From a virus (lineage: Duplodnaviria; Caudoviricetes), in the IMG/VR virus record IMGVR_UViG_3300025889_000273, positions 1 to 40,908 of that record: a stretch of DNA of 40,908 nt; one strand, written 5' to 3'. Shown here one piece after another: positions 19,689 through 28,170 of the stretch; the first letter of the stretch is position 1; each line of letters begins with the position of its first letter. A model generated the notes under the pieces. It was not told the origin of the DNA. It did no database searches and saw nothing but the letters and a program-made list of their open reading frames with translations. The position numbers and the translations under genes are program-made.

Positions 19689-20411
19689 ATGAAACTTACA
19701 AATGAAGGTATTCGCGAAATCAAGTCGCATGAAGGCTTGCGTCTTAAGGCGTATCCCGATCCGGGTTCGAAGGACGGCCACCCGTGGACTATCGGTTATG
19801 GTCATACTGCATTGGCTGGCCCGCCTTCCGTGCATCGTGGTATGGTGATTACCGAGGCGGAAGCTGAAGAAATATTCGCCCGCGATATTGCAAAATTCGC
19901 TGACAAGATACGCCCGTACATAAAGCGCGAATTGAACGACAACCAATTTAGCGCGTTTGTCTCGTTTGCGTACAATGTCGGGATCGGCGGGTTTTCCAAA
20001 TCATCGGCGCTCGAAGCTGCAAATCAGGGGCGTCTTGATCTTGTGCCGTCCCGCCTGTCGCTCTGGAACAAGAATGACGGCAAGGTGATGCCGGGGCTTG
20101 TAAACCGCCGCGCTGCGGAAGGCCGCTTGTTTATGAAGCCTGTCGCCGCGCCGCATCCTGAAATTGAAGCCGAAGAAATGCCGCCTGTGACAAACAGGGT
20201 TGAACCGTCCGAAGGCAAGCCAATGGCAGAATCGAAAACCGTTCTTGCGCAGGTGGCGCAATGGCTGGCCGCTGGCGGTGCTGCGGCTCTGACGGCTCTT
20301 GGCGCTATCCCTTGGCAAACTGCGGCGGTCATGGCTGGCGCGTCTCTTGCCGGGTTTGGTCTTTACATCATCTACGAGCGGCGTCGTCACTCTAGGGAGA
20401 GCGGGATATGA
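19689..20411 (+). CDS. Endolysin, GH24 lysozyme with C-terminal membrane segments
   Basis: 'EGLRLKAYPDPGS...WTIGYGHT', 'SFAYNVG', 'GLVNRRAAE'; hydrophobic C-terminus ending ERRR. Confidence 0.92.
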   Translation: MKLTNEGIREIKSHEGLRLKAYPDPGSKDGHPWTIGYGHTALAGPPSVHRGMVITEAEAEEIFARDIAKFADKIRPYIKRELNDNQFSAFVSFAYNVGIGGFSKSSALEAANQGRLDLVPSRLSLWNKNDGKVMPGLVNRRAAEGRLFMKPVAAPHPEIEAEEMPPVTNRVEPSEGKPMAESKTVLAQVAQWLAAGGAAALTALGAIPWQTAAVMAGASLAGFGLYIIYERRRHSRESGI

Positions 20412-20665
20412 TCTGGCTATCGTTCTTTTTCCAGCTAGCGAAAGCGAATTGGAAAGTAACCGGCATTGCAATCCTTGTGCTGATAGTCGGCATTGCAGGC
20501 TGTCAATATCGTTCTTCCCTGATCGAAAAGGGCCGGAAGGATGCAATCGAGAAAATAGAGCGGGACAACAAAGCATCGGAAAAGAAAGCCGGTGAACGTC
20601 AAAAGACCGTTGATGAATGCCCTCTTGGAAAATGGGATCGGGAGAAGCACAAATGCGAGGTCTGA
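20408..20665 (+). CDS. Putative inner-membrane spanin (Rz-like)
   Basis: N-terminal hydrophobic helix, charged helical body, C-terminal Cys pair; follows endolysin. Confidence 0.6.
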   Translation: MIWLSFFFQLAKANWKVTGIAILVLIVGIAGCQYRSSLIEKGRKDAIEKIERDNKASEKKAGERQKTVDECPLGKWDREKHKCEV

Positions 20666-20850
20666 CATTGATTTCAGCTATCATCCTTCCTCTGGCTATT
20701 GCTGGTTGTGCCAATCAGCCATCCCCTGTCAACCGCCCGTGCGGCGTTATAGTCGATCCGTTGAAAGACGTTCAAGGCAAGACGCCCCAGGACGTGCGCC
20801 GGATTGATCGCCATTATGAAAGAGGCCATGCAGCAGGTTGCTGGCAATGA
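20653..20850 (+). CDS. Putative outer-membrane spanin lipoprotein (Rz1-like)
   Basis: Signal peptide with lipobox 'IAGC', Pro/Cys-containing mature part; overlaps previous gene; RBS ggag. Confidence 0.68.
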   Translation: MRGLTLISAIILPLAIAGCANQPSPVNRPCGVIVDPLKDVQGKTPQDVRRIDRHYERGHAAGCWQ

Positions 20851-21257
20851 AACGCTATTTCCAAACTGAAATGGTATGGTGGCTTCTGGTTGCCATCATT
20901 GGGCTGTTTCTTGTGTTTGCCGTCCCTGTGAAGGCCGACGACGCCAGCGAGCGCAAGCAATTCTTCCATGACGTGAAGGATGCCATTTTCTTCGACGGCA
21001 CTCGATATAACTGCTGCGGCGAGGGCGATGCAACGCGCGCCCGTATTATCGCCAGCCATGGGGATATGCTTGCCGTCGAGATAATCGACACTATGCGCCA
21101 CCCGACTGCAAAGAAAGGCGAGATTGTAAACGTGCCGCGACGGTTGATTGTGAAATATCCGCTCTCCCCGCAGAAGATGGGGACCATCCTGTTCCTGAAT
21201 ACGGTTGCAAAGAACCGTTCGCCATATTGCTTGGTCCAACAAAGGGCTGGGGGTTAA
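20847..21257 (+). CDS. Secreted/periplasmic hypothetical protein
   Basis: Signal-like N-terminus ending 'VKA', 'CCGEGD' motif and late Cys; ATGA coupling. Confidence 0.65.
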   Translation: MKRYFQTEMVWWLLVAIIGLFLVFAVPVKADDASERKQFFHDVKDAIFFDGTRYNCCGEGDATRARIIASHGDMLAVEIIDTMRHPTAKKGEIVNVPRRLIVKYPLSPQKMGTILFLNTVAKNRSPYCLVQQRAGG

Positions 21258-21322
21258 AACAAGCGGGCCATCCGGTCGCTGTCACTTCCGGGGCGCGGAT
21301 AACAACTTACTGCGGGGCACTA

Positions 21323-21586
21323 ATGACTGACACAGATACAAGATTAGCAAGGGTCGAAACGCACATAGATTATCTGCGCGATAAAATCGATGGGCATATT
21401 ATCCAGTCGAAGGAATACAAGGACGATACAAAGTCAGACCTGAAAGAAATAAAGGACGCGGTCAAGAGTCTCGGCGACAAGATGAATGCGCGGGAAAATC
21501 AAGCCCGTGGGATTTGGTGGGCTATGACGGCTGGCGTTGGCGGCCTCGCCGCTTTCGGCGGGTACATGCTGAAACCGTTCAAGTAA
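21323..21586 (+). CDS. Coiled-coil protein with C-terminal TM helix (holin/XhlA-like candidate)
   Basis: 'RLARVET' start, heptad pattern, C-terminal hydrophobic helix. Confidence 0.6.
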   Translation: MTDTDTRLARVETHIDYLRDKIDGHIIQSKEYKDDTKSDLKEIKDAVKSLGDKMNARENQARGIWWAMTAGVGGLAAFGGYMLKPFK

Positions 21587-21610
21587 TCCAATCAAAACAA
21601 TAGGTGATAT

Positions 21611-22912
21611 TTGCCTACACCTAAAATTTCGCGCGCTGTAGCGAAGCAAACAAAATCAGCAATCGAGAAAGCATTAAAAGCAGGCTACAGGCCGCCCGGT
21701 GTGTCGGGCCAAGGCCCCGGCGCTATTGGCATGGCCGGGACTGCTATGGGCCTTCCACGAACAACCGTTGCCAATCGCATTCATAGCATGATTGAAATGG
21801 GTTACGAACCCGATTGGTCACTATACAAGCAAAGCAGTTTAATCGGCAAGATTGCCGCCGCGCCAGACAAGAACGCGGAACAGGCGGATGAAATCAAAAG
21901 CCTGAAACGAAGGCTCAAGGAAATTGAAGAACAAGACACGCTGGAAAAGTCCATTCTGCAAGTTATTGGCTCCATGGCTTCCAGAAATGTTGACCCGCCG
22001 AAATGGCTCACCAAGCCGCAATCAAGAGGCAAGGGCCAGCACGTTCCGCTAACCATCTGGTCCGATTGGCACGCTGGCGAAGTTGTAAACCCGCGCGAAT
22101 TGCATGGCCTGAATGAATTTAATTCACGTATCATGGAAAGCCGGGTTCGGACGCTGGTTGATACTACAATCCACCTTTGCAGAAACCACGGGCCGGGCAA
22201 CTATCCCGGCGCTGTTGTGTGTCTCTTGGGTGATTTCATATCGGGCGGGCTGCATCCTGAATTATTGCGCTCCGATGACCTTTCCCAAATTCAAGCAACG
22301 CTGCACGTCAGGGATACGCTGGCTTGGGCTATCGAGAAGATGGCGGAAGAATTTGGCAGCCTGTTCCTTCCATGCACCAGCGGCAACCATGGCAGAAATA
22401 CGCATAAGTCAGAATACAAGGGCACGGTATATCAGAATTTCGATTGGCTAATCTATGAAATGCTGATCCGGCATTTTGCAGACCGGAAAGATATTGTGTT
22501 TGCAAACCCTGTCACGAACGAAGTGCATTTCAGCATCTTTGGCGAGCGGTATCTAGCGACCCATGGAGATATGCTAGGCGTGCGTGGTGGTGATGGCATC
22601 ATAGGCTCAATCGGCCCTATCATGCGCGGTTCGCTAAAGGTTGGGCGTCAATCCGCAGCCTATGGGCAAGACTTTGATTGGCTCCTGATGGGGCACTGGC
22701 ACCAGCCGCTATATCTCCCCGGCATCATCGTTGCGAACACGCTAAAGGGCTTCGATGAATACGCAGCCCGCGCATTGCGTGCGCCACCGTCCGTTCCAAG
22801 CCAACCGCTTGTATTCGTCAATGAGAAGTTCGGCCACGTCAGTTATTCAGAAGTTTTCCTTGACGAACCGCGCATGAAGCAAAAAGGCTCATGGGTTCAA
22901 TGGGCGGCGTGA
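21611..22912 (+). CDS. Calcineurin-like metallophosphoesterase with N-terminal HTH and coiled coil
   Basis: All five motifs: SDWH, GDFISG, GNHGR, HGD, GHWH; TTG start with RBS aggtga. Confidence 0.88.
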   Translation: MPTPKISRAVAKQTKSAIEKALKAGYRPPGVSGQGPGAIGMAGTAMGLPRTTVANRIHSMIEMGYEPDWSLYKQSSLIGKIAAAPDKNAEQADEIKSLKRRLKEIEEQDTLEKSILQVIGSMASRNVDPPKWLTKPQSRGKGQHVPLTIWSDWHAGEVVNPRELHGLNEFNSRIMESRVRTLVDTTIHLCRNHGPGNYPGAVVCLLGDFISGGLHPELLRSDDLSQIQATLHVRDTLAWAIEKMAEEFGSLFLPCTSGNHGRNTHKSEYKGTVYQNFDWLIYEMLIRHFADRKDIVFANPVTNEVHFSIFGERYLATHGDMLGVRGGDGIIGSIGPIMRGSLKVGRQSAAYGQDFDWLLMGHWHQPLYLPGIIVANTLKGFDEYAARALRAPPSVPSQPLVFVNEKFGHVSYSEVFLDEPRMKQKGSWVQWAA

Positions 22913-23151
22913 TATTCAGATACGCGCCGCTTTTGGCGCTGACTGACTTCTGGTGGTCCGGGTGGCTTATGACGCCATTAAAATGCCACCACGGTGATTA
23001 TTCATTTTTGGCGGAATGGGGATGTCATGGCAGTTGTAAAGAGCGCACGGGAACAGACAATAGAGGCGATCAAGCTGGACTTGGTGGAGTTGAAGAAAAT
23101 ATTCGCCAGGATCGAGAACACGGACCCAATGGCGGGGTTGAGACACTATGA
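22909..23151 (+). CDS. Hypothetical protein
   Basis: GTGA overlap with the phosphoesterase stop; 'GW...HHG.YS...W.C' pattern; 3' half overlaps next ORF. Confidence 0.45.
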   Translation: MIFRYAPLLALTDFWWSGWLMTPLKCHHGDYSFLAEWGCHGSCKERTGTDNRGDQAGLGGVEENIRQDREHGPNGGVETL

Positions 23152-23257
23152 ACGACTTGCGTTTGAAAAAGCGCGGGAAATGGTTTTATCAGGCAAAGAC
23201 CCTGAAACAATGCGGAACCCGTACGAGGTCGGACATGTCGAAACCTTATCCGGTTAA
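23027..23257 (+). CDS. Hypothetical protein
   Basis: ATG with ggggat RBS; helical 76 aa. Confidence 0.55.
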   Translation: MAVVKSAREQTIEAIKLDLVELKKIFARIENTDPMAGLRHYERLAFEKAREMVLSGKDPETMRNPYEVGHVETLSG

Positions 23258-23495
23258 ATTCTCGAATTTGAAACGGAAAAAGGTTTTCGGCTTCGCGCAC
23301 TATGGACCGCCGCCACATATCGAAATTGAAAAGACGCTTCTCCTGCCAGGCCAAGGCCGCGAATTATTGGGCACAATCGTGCATGAGGCAATCCATCTGG
23401 CTGCTGAATATCTGGAAGAAGATGCCGTTTTGAAAATTGAAGAAGCCGTTGCAAATCAATTATGGGCTATGGGCTTCCGCCGTGTAGTCGAGTAA
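23235..23495 (+). CDS. Small HExxH zincin-like protein
   Basis: 'GTIVHEAIHL' with downstream 'EEDAV'; RBS gagg. Confidence 0.72.
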   Translation: MSKPYPVKFSNLKRKKVFGFAHYGPPPHIEIEKTLLLPGQGRELLGTIVHEAIHLAAEYLEEDAVLKIEEAVANQLWAMGFRRVVE

Positions 23496-23548
23496 TTCCG
23501 GGCAACCGGAATATTACCGGGTTCCCCGGTTGATCCTCCCCGCGACTT

Positions 23549-23584
23549 GCCCGCTGCCGTAATGGTGGCGGGCTTTTTCGTTTT
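23549..23584 (+). terminator. Intrinsic terminator ending late/lysis operon
   Basis: gcccgctgcc-gtaat-ggtggcgggc followed by tttttcgtttt. Confidence 0.85.
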
Positions 23585-23592
23585 GGGGCAGC

Positions 23593-23838
23593 CTATGATT
23601 TGAGAAGTTTTTGCGCAAGGTTTGCGCGAATTTCTGGCGGGACTTCGTGAGCGTAAAACGGCTCGCCGTCCTCGGTCCATTCTGCGTATGTCAATTCGCT
23701 TCCGCTGAACTCAACATAGGCAATATCAATCTTTGCATCAGGTTTGACCTGTCGCGGTTCTGGCGGGTCAGATTGCATCAATGGACAGTTTGCAGGTCCG
23801 GGGCAGTAACCTGGGGCGTCTGGCAAGCAGCATGTCAT
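23593..23838 (-). CDS. Small hypothetical protein with Cys-rich N-terminus
   Basis: ATG with gagg RBS; converges on the terminator; 'CC...C...C'. Confidence 0.5.
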   Translation of the reverse strand: MTCCLPDAPGYCPGPANCPLMQSDPPEPRQVKPDAKIDIAYVEFSGSELTYAEWTEDGEPFYAHEVPPEIRANLAQKLLKS

Positions 23839-24159
23839 GATATTGGCCTCTTGTGTTATCGCTTCGCTGCCTGTTCCACCGTATCCATGTAGGCGCGGCG
23901 CGCTGGAAAGGAAGGCGCGGCAAAACGCTATCAGGATTTGCACGCTGGTCGAGTGCCGTTGGATATTGCCGTTGACCGATGGAATGCGGCGGTGCGCCGT
24001 GGTGCCAAAGCTCCGCAAGCAATCGCGGCGATCAACAAGGGCTATTCCGAATATCTGCCGTACAGGACATGGCGAAAATTGCTAACTGACGGGAAGCTGC
24101 CCGGCGAAATGTTGAATCTGCCTGCGGGCAGACGTCGGACAAAGTGAAGGAGCCCGTGA

Positions 24160-24417
24160 GTTGTACAAATTCCCGGTATGTTCACGCAAGAAACTGCATT
24201 TTGGATTGTACAACTTTTCGGCTAGGTCGTTGATTGTATTGTTGTTTTTGCAAAGGCGAATGCGACTGAAAATCGCAGTGTCGGTGGTTCGATTCCGCCC
24301 CTGGGCACCAGATAACTGATTGATAATAATAAATAAAAGATGACGGTCGCTATATGCTGAAAACCGGGTTGTACAAATTTTCAGGAAAAGTTGTACAGTT
24401 TTGTTGCCGGTGCGTTC
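24160..24417. mobile_element. attP-like site: tRNA-Phe core flanked by arm-type repeats and an IHF site
   Basis: TTGTACA-centred repeats at 24160, 24205, 24368, 24385; perfect WATCAANNNNTTR on minus strand at 24313-24325; adjacent to integrase 3' end. Confidence 0.9.
24260..24310 (+). other. att core = 3' 51 nt of tRNA-Phe(GAA) (not a complete tRNA)
   Basis: Anticodon arm tgcga-CTGAAAA-tcgca, T arm ggtgg-TTCGATT-ccgcc, 3' acceptor strand ctgggcACCA; 5' acceptor strand and D arm absent. Confidence 0.93.
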
Positions 24418-24422
24418 CTTCT

Positions 24423-25487
24423 CTATCCTATCGGTAATTTCAAAATCGCGGCTTTCGTGCCGGGATCAAGTTGCGCGGACTCGCTGTAATGCCGGGCCAT
24501 GCTGACGGTCTGCTGGCCCAATACGTCCGCAATCTTCGCGTCTGGCAGGCCAGCTTCCTTGAGCATATGGCCTAGTGAATGCCGTAGGCCGTGAATCGTC
24601 AGACCTGGTTCGATCTTGCCTTCGGCCTCAAGCCCGGATTTCAGGCGGTGCCAGAGGGTATCAAATCCTGTCGCGGTCATGGGGCGCCCGTTCGAGCGGA
24701 CGCATAGCTGCAAGCTGTTCGACTGTGGGCGGGCCTGTATTGCATCCGCAAGTACCGCATGGATCGGGGCGCGGACATGGGTTCCCCGCTTGCTGGTCTT
24801 GATGGTGATTTCACCGTCTTTGATGGCTGACAGGGTGGCCCGGAATAGATCGGCCTTGCGCCAGCCAGCGCACATTGCCAGTGCCAACGGCAACCGGATG
24901 CTGGCCGGGGCGTGTTCTAGCACGATTGCCCGCTCCTGTGCCGTCCATGGCCGGTTGGCTCTTGGCGCGTCCTTGGGCTTCCGCAGCTTCCTGACGGGCT
25001 CTGCCAATGGGTTCACCCTGATGGCCCCAATATCGAGGCCGTGCTTCATTACCAGCCGCAAGACCGTCATGGCGTTGTTGGCAGCCCATAGGCCGTAATC
25101 TGGAAGCCAGACCTCATTGCGCCAGCGCAACAGGGCGGGGCGCGCCAACGTGTGCGCCTGTATCTTGCCCGTCTTGCCTTTGAGCAGGATCGCAAATGCT
25201 CGCTCGTAACTTATGCGGGTTGCCGGGTTGTCTGGATAGTCCACGCTGGCCTTGTACTGGTCCACAAGCCAGCCCAATTCGCCCCGCACATATTCGGCCC
25301 GGTTCTCGAATTGCTCGCCCAGGCGGTCGGCTTCCGCCTTCAAGGCCAGTTCATCGTCAGGGCTTGACTGCATCCTGATTGGCTTCTGGCCGGTGCGCCG
25401 GTAAAGGGCATATCGAAACACCTTGCCGGATGGCTTCACAACTCTGGTGATGCTGACGTGTTTAATGGTCATGGTTAGCTTTACCAT
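24423..25487 (-). CDS. int: Tyrosine integrase
   Basis: Catalytic R (GWRKADL), K (TSKRG), HGLRH, LGQ, Y (ARHYS); next to att. Confidence 0.95.
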   Translation of the reverse strand: MVKLTMTIKHVSITRVVKPSGKVFRYALYRRTGQKPIRMQSSPDDELALKAEADRLGEQFENRAEYVRGELGWLVDQYKASVDYPDNPATRISYERAFAILLKGKTGKIQAHTLARPALLRWRNEVWLPDYGLWAANNAMTVLRLVMKHGLDIGAIRVNPLAEPVRKLRKPKDAPRANRPWTAQERAIVLEHAPASIRLPLALAMCAGWRKADLFRATLSAIKDGEITIKTSKRGTHVRAPIHAVLADAIQARPQSNSLQLCVRSNGRPMTATGFDTLWHRLKSGLEAEGKIEPGLTIHGLRHSLGHMLKEAGLPDAKIADVLGQQTVSMARHYSESAQLDPGTKAAILKLPIG

Positions 25488-25677
25488 TGGTCCGTCCCCG
25501 TTCCTTGAAAATTTCGTCAAGGATAGGGGTTCCGGTAGTTTCTGTCTCGGTCATTGGCTGGCCTATCCGCACGATAACCCGCCCGTCCGGGCAGATTTCC
25601 ACTGCTGCGACCTGTTCCCCGGTTTCGCGGACGGTACGGATTGCGGCTTGGGTTGTGCGGCGGGCAGGGTATGGCAT
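25462..25677 (-). CDS. Putative excisionase/RDF-position protein
   Basis: 71 aa overlapping int start; 'AAIRTVRETGEQVAAVEICPDGRVIV' typical of genes preceding alphaproteobacterial integrases. Confidence 0.6.
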   Translation of the reverse strand: MPYPARRTTQAAIRTVRETGEQVAAVEICPDGRVIVRIGQPMTETETTGTPILDEIFKERGRTNGKANHDH

Positions 25678-25679
25678 GG

Positions 25680-26030
25680 CTATTTCACCTGCTCAATAAA
25701 TTCGTACAGTTTCCCAACCGGTCTAGTGGCTCTGTTCTGTGGCTGTTTCGTGTAGTTCATCGGGCGCTTTGTTTTCAGGCTTCCGTTAGCCTTGTCACGT
25801 ATGCGCTCGGCTTTCCTGCGTTCCTGGACGTAGTGCTTGGTCTTTTTCGCGTGGCATGGAGCGCACACATGGCGGCAGTTCTCAAAGCTGTTGTCGCCAT
25901 CGTCTCCGGCTTCCTGATAATGGTCATATTCTGGCAATCCTTTCGGTTTAAGCCCGCAATATTCGCATAGTCCACCAGCGTGCAGGGCTCGTGCTGCTTT
26001 CGTCTTGCGGGTAAATTCCTTGCGGCTCAT
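25680..26030 (-). CDS. HNH endonuclease
   Basis: 'CEYC...EYDH...GDNSFENC..VCAPCH.KKT'. Confidence 0.9.
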   Translation of the reverse strand: MSRKEFTRKTKAARALHAGGLCEYCGLKPKGLPEYDHYQEAGDDGDNSFENCRHVCAPCHAKKTKHYVQERRKAERIRDKANGSLKTKRPMNYTKQPQNRATRPVGKLYEFIEQVK

Positions 26031-26551
26031 GCGGCTTGATCCGCATTGGCTTTAAGTTCTTCTGTCGGCACGCCAATTCGCGCCGCCACCCATTCCAAAA
26101 CGTCTTGTTTGGATTTCTGAAAATCAGCCGGTGACATAGCATTTGGGCCGCGTTGTTTTTGGCTTCTGGCCGTGAAGATATAAACGCGAAGGCCGGACCT
26201 TGTTTTTACCTGATAGTCATCCAGCTTGATAAACTGGATCATCCGAATAGCTTCTTCTTCTGTCTCTGCCAGATACATATCAACTTCGTGCCAGCCGGTC
26301 GCAATCAATGCCTGCTTCCGCAATGCGTCAGGCGTCGGATAGTGCTTTTGCATCGTCTCCGGCAAGTTTATCCATGCCTCACGCAGCCACGCGAATTGAT
26401 GGTTGTGTGACGATTGCGAGCGCGGGTAAACCTGCGCCATCGCGTATCGTTCACCTACTACAAAGGTCTGGTCGCATTGCTTGGCATGATAGCCTTTTAG
26501 CGGCTTCATGCTGGTGCCGGTCCATGTGAAGATGTTCGGGGTTTCGCTCAT
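26027..26551 (-). CDS. Recombination-associated (NinB/Orf-like) protein
   Basis: 'RSQSSHNHQFAWLREAW.NLPE', 'MS..DFQ.SK..VL'; in the ERF/exonuclease cluster. Confidence 0.6.
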   Translation of the reverse strand: MSETPNIFTWTGTSMKPLKGYHAKQCDQTFVVGERYAMAQVYPRSQSSHNHQFAWLREAWINLPETMQKHYPTPDALRKQALIATGWHEVDMYLAETEEEAIRMIQFIKLDDYQVKTRSGLRVYIFTARSQKQRGPNAMSPADFQKSKQDVLEWVAARIGVPTEELKANADQAA

Positions 26552-26754
26552 TTCTTTGACCGCGTTGGTTTGTAAATCTGCACCCGCGCCAAGGCGTTGG
26601 ATGCGTCCTGTTTCGTTACTCCAACTGTGATTTTGTACTGTTCCAAACATTCCAGGTACGCCAATAACTCTGCATTGTGGCGGTCAAAGCCGCCGTCATA
26701 TTCCCGAATGGCGGCGCGTTCTTCGTACCAGCCGCGCCAGCCTTCGGCGTCCAT
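26548..26754 (-). CDS. Small conserved protein ('EERAAIREYDGG' family)
   Basis: Recognisable motif; coupled to neighbours on both sides. Confidence 0.7.
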   Translation of the reverse strand: MDAEGWRGWYEERAAIREYDGGFDRHNAELLAYLECLEQYKITVGVTKQDASNALARVQIYKPTRSKK

Positions 26755-27389
26755 CAGGCGGCTTCCATTATCGGCGCGAACTTTTCACGCAATGCCTTTT
26801 CCTTGGCCGCAAGTTCGGCAAGGAACCCGCGCACTTCGGATTCAATTTCCTTGATGCAGTCCCCGTCAAAGTTCACGCGATGGATGAATAGGCCCATTCC
26901 GGCTTCTGATAGGTCTGGCTGGTAGGAAACAAAATCGCACCAGTCACGGCCCGCACACGCCATTTGCCATTGCATCTGCAAGACGTACTTATTCGGAACC
27001 TTGCCGGATAGCAGTGTATCCAGATGCGTTGCCGGTTGCGGGCATTTGATTTCGATCATGCCAGCGTCGGACACATAGCCATCCGGGCTTGCGCCTGATT
27101 TCTCAATCATCGGGTGGTCGATAAACCCAACCATCTGCACTGAATTGCCGGATTGAAATTCATAGCTGGCGCGGGCTTCGTCCTCGTATGCCGTGCCGTG
27201 CGCCATGGCAGGCGACACAAAGCCATCCTTTGGCTTGCCGGTGAGGCGTTCAACAAGCAATTCAGCCATATAATTTGCCCGGCTGGCTCCGTAGCCTGAT
27301 TTCGTTTTTGCCATAAGGTCAGCCATGCGGGACGCGGTGACTTTCCCTAGACGCCGCAAGCGCCATTCTTCTGTTCCCTGTTCGATCAT
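26754..27389 (-). CDS. YqaJ / lambda-type exonuclease
   Basis: 'QGTEEW...RLGKVTAS', 'GASPDG', 'IEIKCP', 'QMQWQM', 'WCDFVSY'. Confidence 0.95.
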   Translation of the reverse strand: MIEQGTEEWRLRRLGKVTASRMADLMAKTKSGYGASRANYMAELLVERLTGKPKDGFVSPAMAHGTAYEDEARASYEFQSGNSVQMVGFIDHPMIEKSGASPDGYVSDAGMIEIKCPQPATHLDTLLSGKVPNKYVLQMQWQMACAGRDWCDFVSYQPDLSEAGMGLFIHRVNFDGDCIKEIESEVRGFLAELAAKEKALREKFAPIMEAA

Positions 27390-28000
27390 TGCGCGGCTTC
27401 TTGCGTTGCTGTTTCTGCTGCATGTGATTTCAACAAGGCAAGCGTATCTTGCCCGATTGTTTCCCTGTCGCTTGCCGATAGCGCCTTCCACCATTTAGCA
27501 AGTGCATCTATTCCATCGCGGGCGACGGCTTCGCCTTCCTTGACCAGCATACGTCGAGCGGCTTCATCTTCGGCGCGGTTCGTTGTTTTCTTCGGTGCAG
27601 CAACGGGCGCTGCTGCTTTCCCGTCTGCCAAATCGTCATCTTCTTGCGCGATGCCGCAAATGCTGGCGAGCGAATAGCGCCGGGCGTATGTCATGGCCGC
27701 GCCCATCTGTTGCGATGTCGCTGGGAATTTGCAAACCGGATATTGGCTTTCAATCCACTGCCCTGACGTGTGGATCATGCGTGTGTGCAGGACGAGCGCT
27801 TCCCCTTGCGTGCTGGTCAATTGCACAAGGGCTATTCCCTGCGTTGCAAGGGCTGGCCGAACAACGTTCAGGACTTCGGCAAGGTCCGCGTACTTGTTTT
27901 TGAAGTGCGGATTGACTGCGTTTTTGCCAGCATTTTCCATGGTTAACTGCGCCGATGCTAGAGCCTTGGCGATTTCGTTGATGTTTTCTGATGTGTTCAT
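27386..28000 (-). CDS. erf: ERF-family single-strand annealing protein
   Basis: 'NPHFKNKYADL', 'MIHTSGQW', 'GAAMTYARRYSLASICGIAQEDDD'. Confidence 0.95.
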   Translation of the reverse strand: MNTSENINEIAKALASAQLTMENAGKNAVNPHFKNKYADLAEVLNVVRPALATQGIALVQLTSTQGEALVLHTRMIHTSGQWIESQYPVCKFPATSQQMGAAMTYARRYSLASICGIAQEDDDLADGKAAAPVAAPKKTTNRAEDEAARRMLVKEGEAVARDGIDALAKWWKALSASDRETIGQDTLALLKSHAAETATQEAAQ

Positions 28001-28170
28001 TGTGATACTTCCCTTTGCAGTCCCTTGTACCTCGCACGCGCGACTAAATGCTTGTGCGCTTTGTGCTGCCGCTTGCGGATAGCTGCTTCACGCTTGGCTG
28101 CTTCTACGCCTGGATCGTCGTGTCGTGGCTGGCGCAGTGACCACCACCATTTACGAATGCGATAGATCAT
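27997..28170 (-). CDS. Small basic hypothetical protein
   Basis: 57 aa, ATGA-coupled on both sides. Confidence 0.6.
   Translation of the reverse strand: MIYRIRKWWWSLRQPRHDDPGVEAAKREAAIRKRQHKAHKHLVARARYKGLQREVSQ

Noticed and set aside
23938-24147. 69-aa plus-strand ORF before att
   Set aside because: Weak TTG start and no recognisable motif; may be a gene remnant, so not called
24260-24310. Phage-encoded tRNA-Phe gene
   Set aside because: 5' acceptor strand and D arm are missing; it is the att core
24160-24400. CRISPR-like mini-array from TTGTACA repeats
   Set aside because: Repeats are only 12-13 bp, in mixed orientation and irregularly spaced; they fit integrase arm sites
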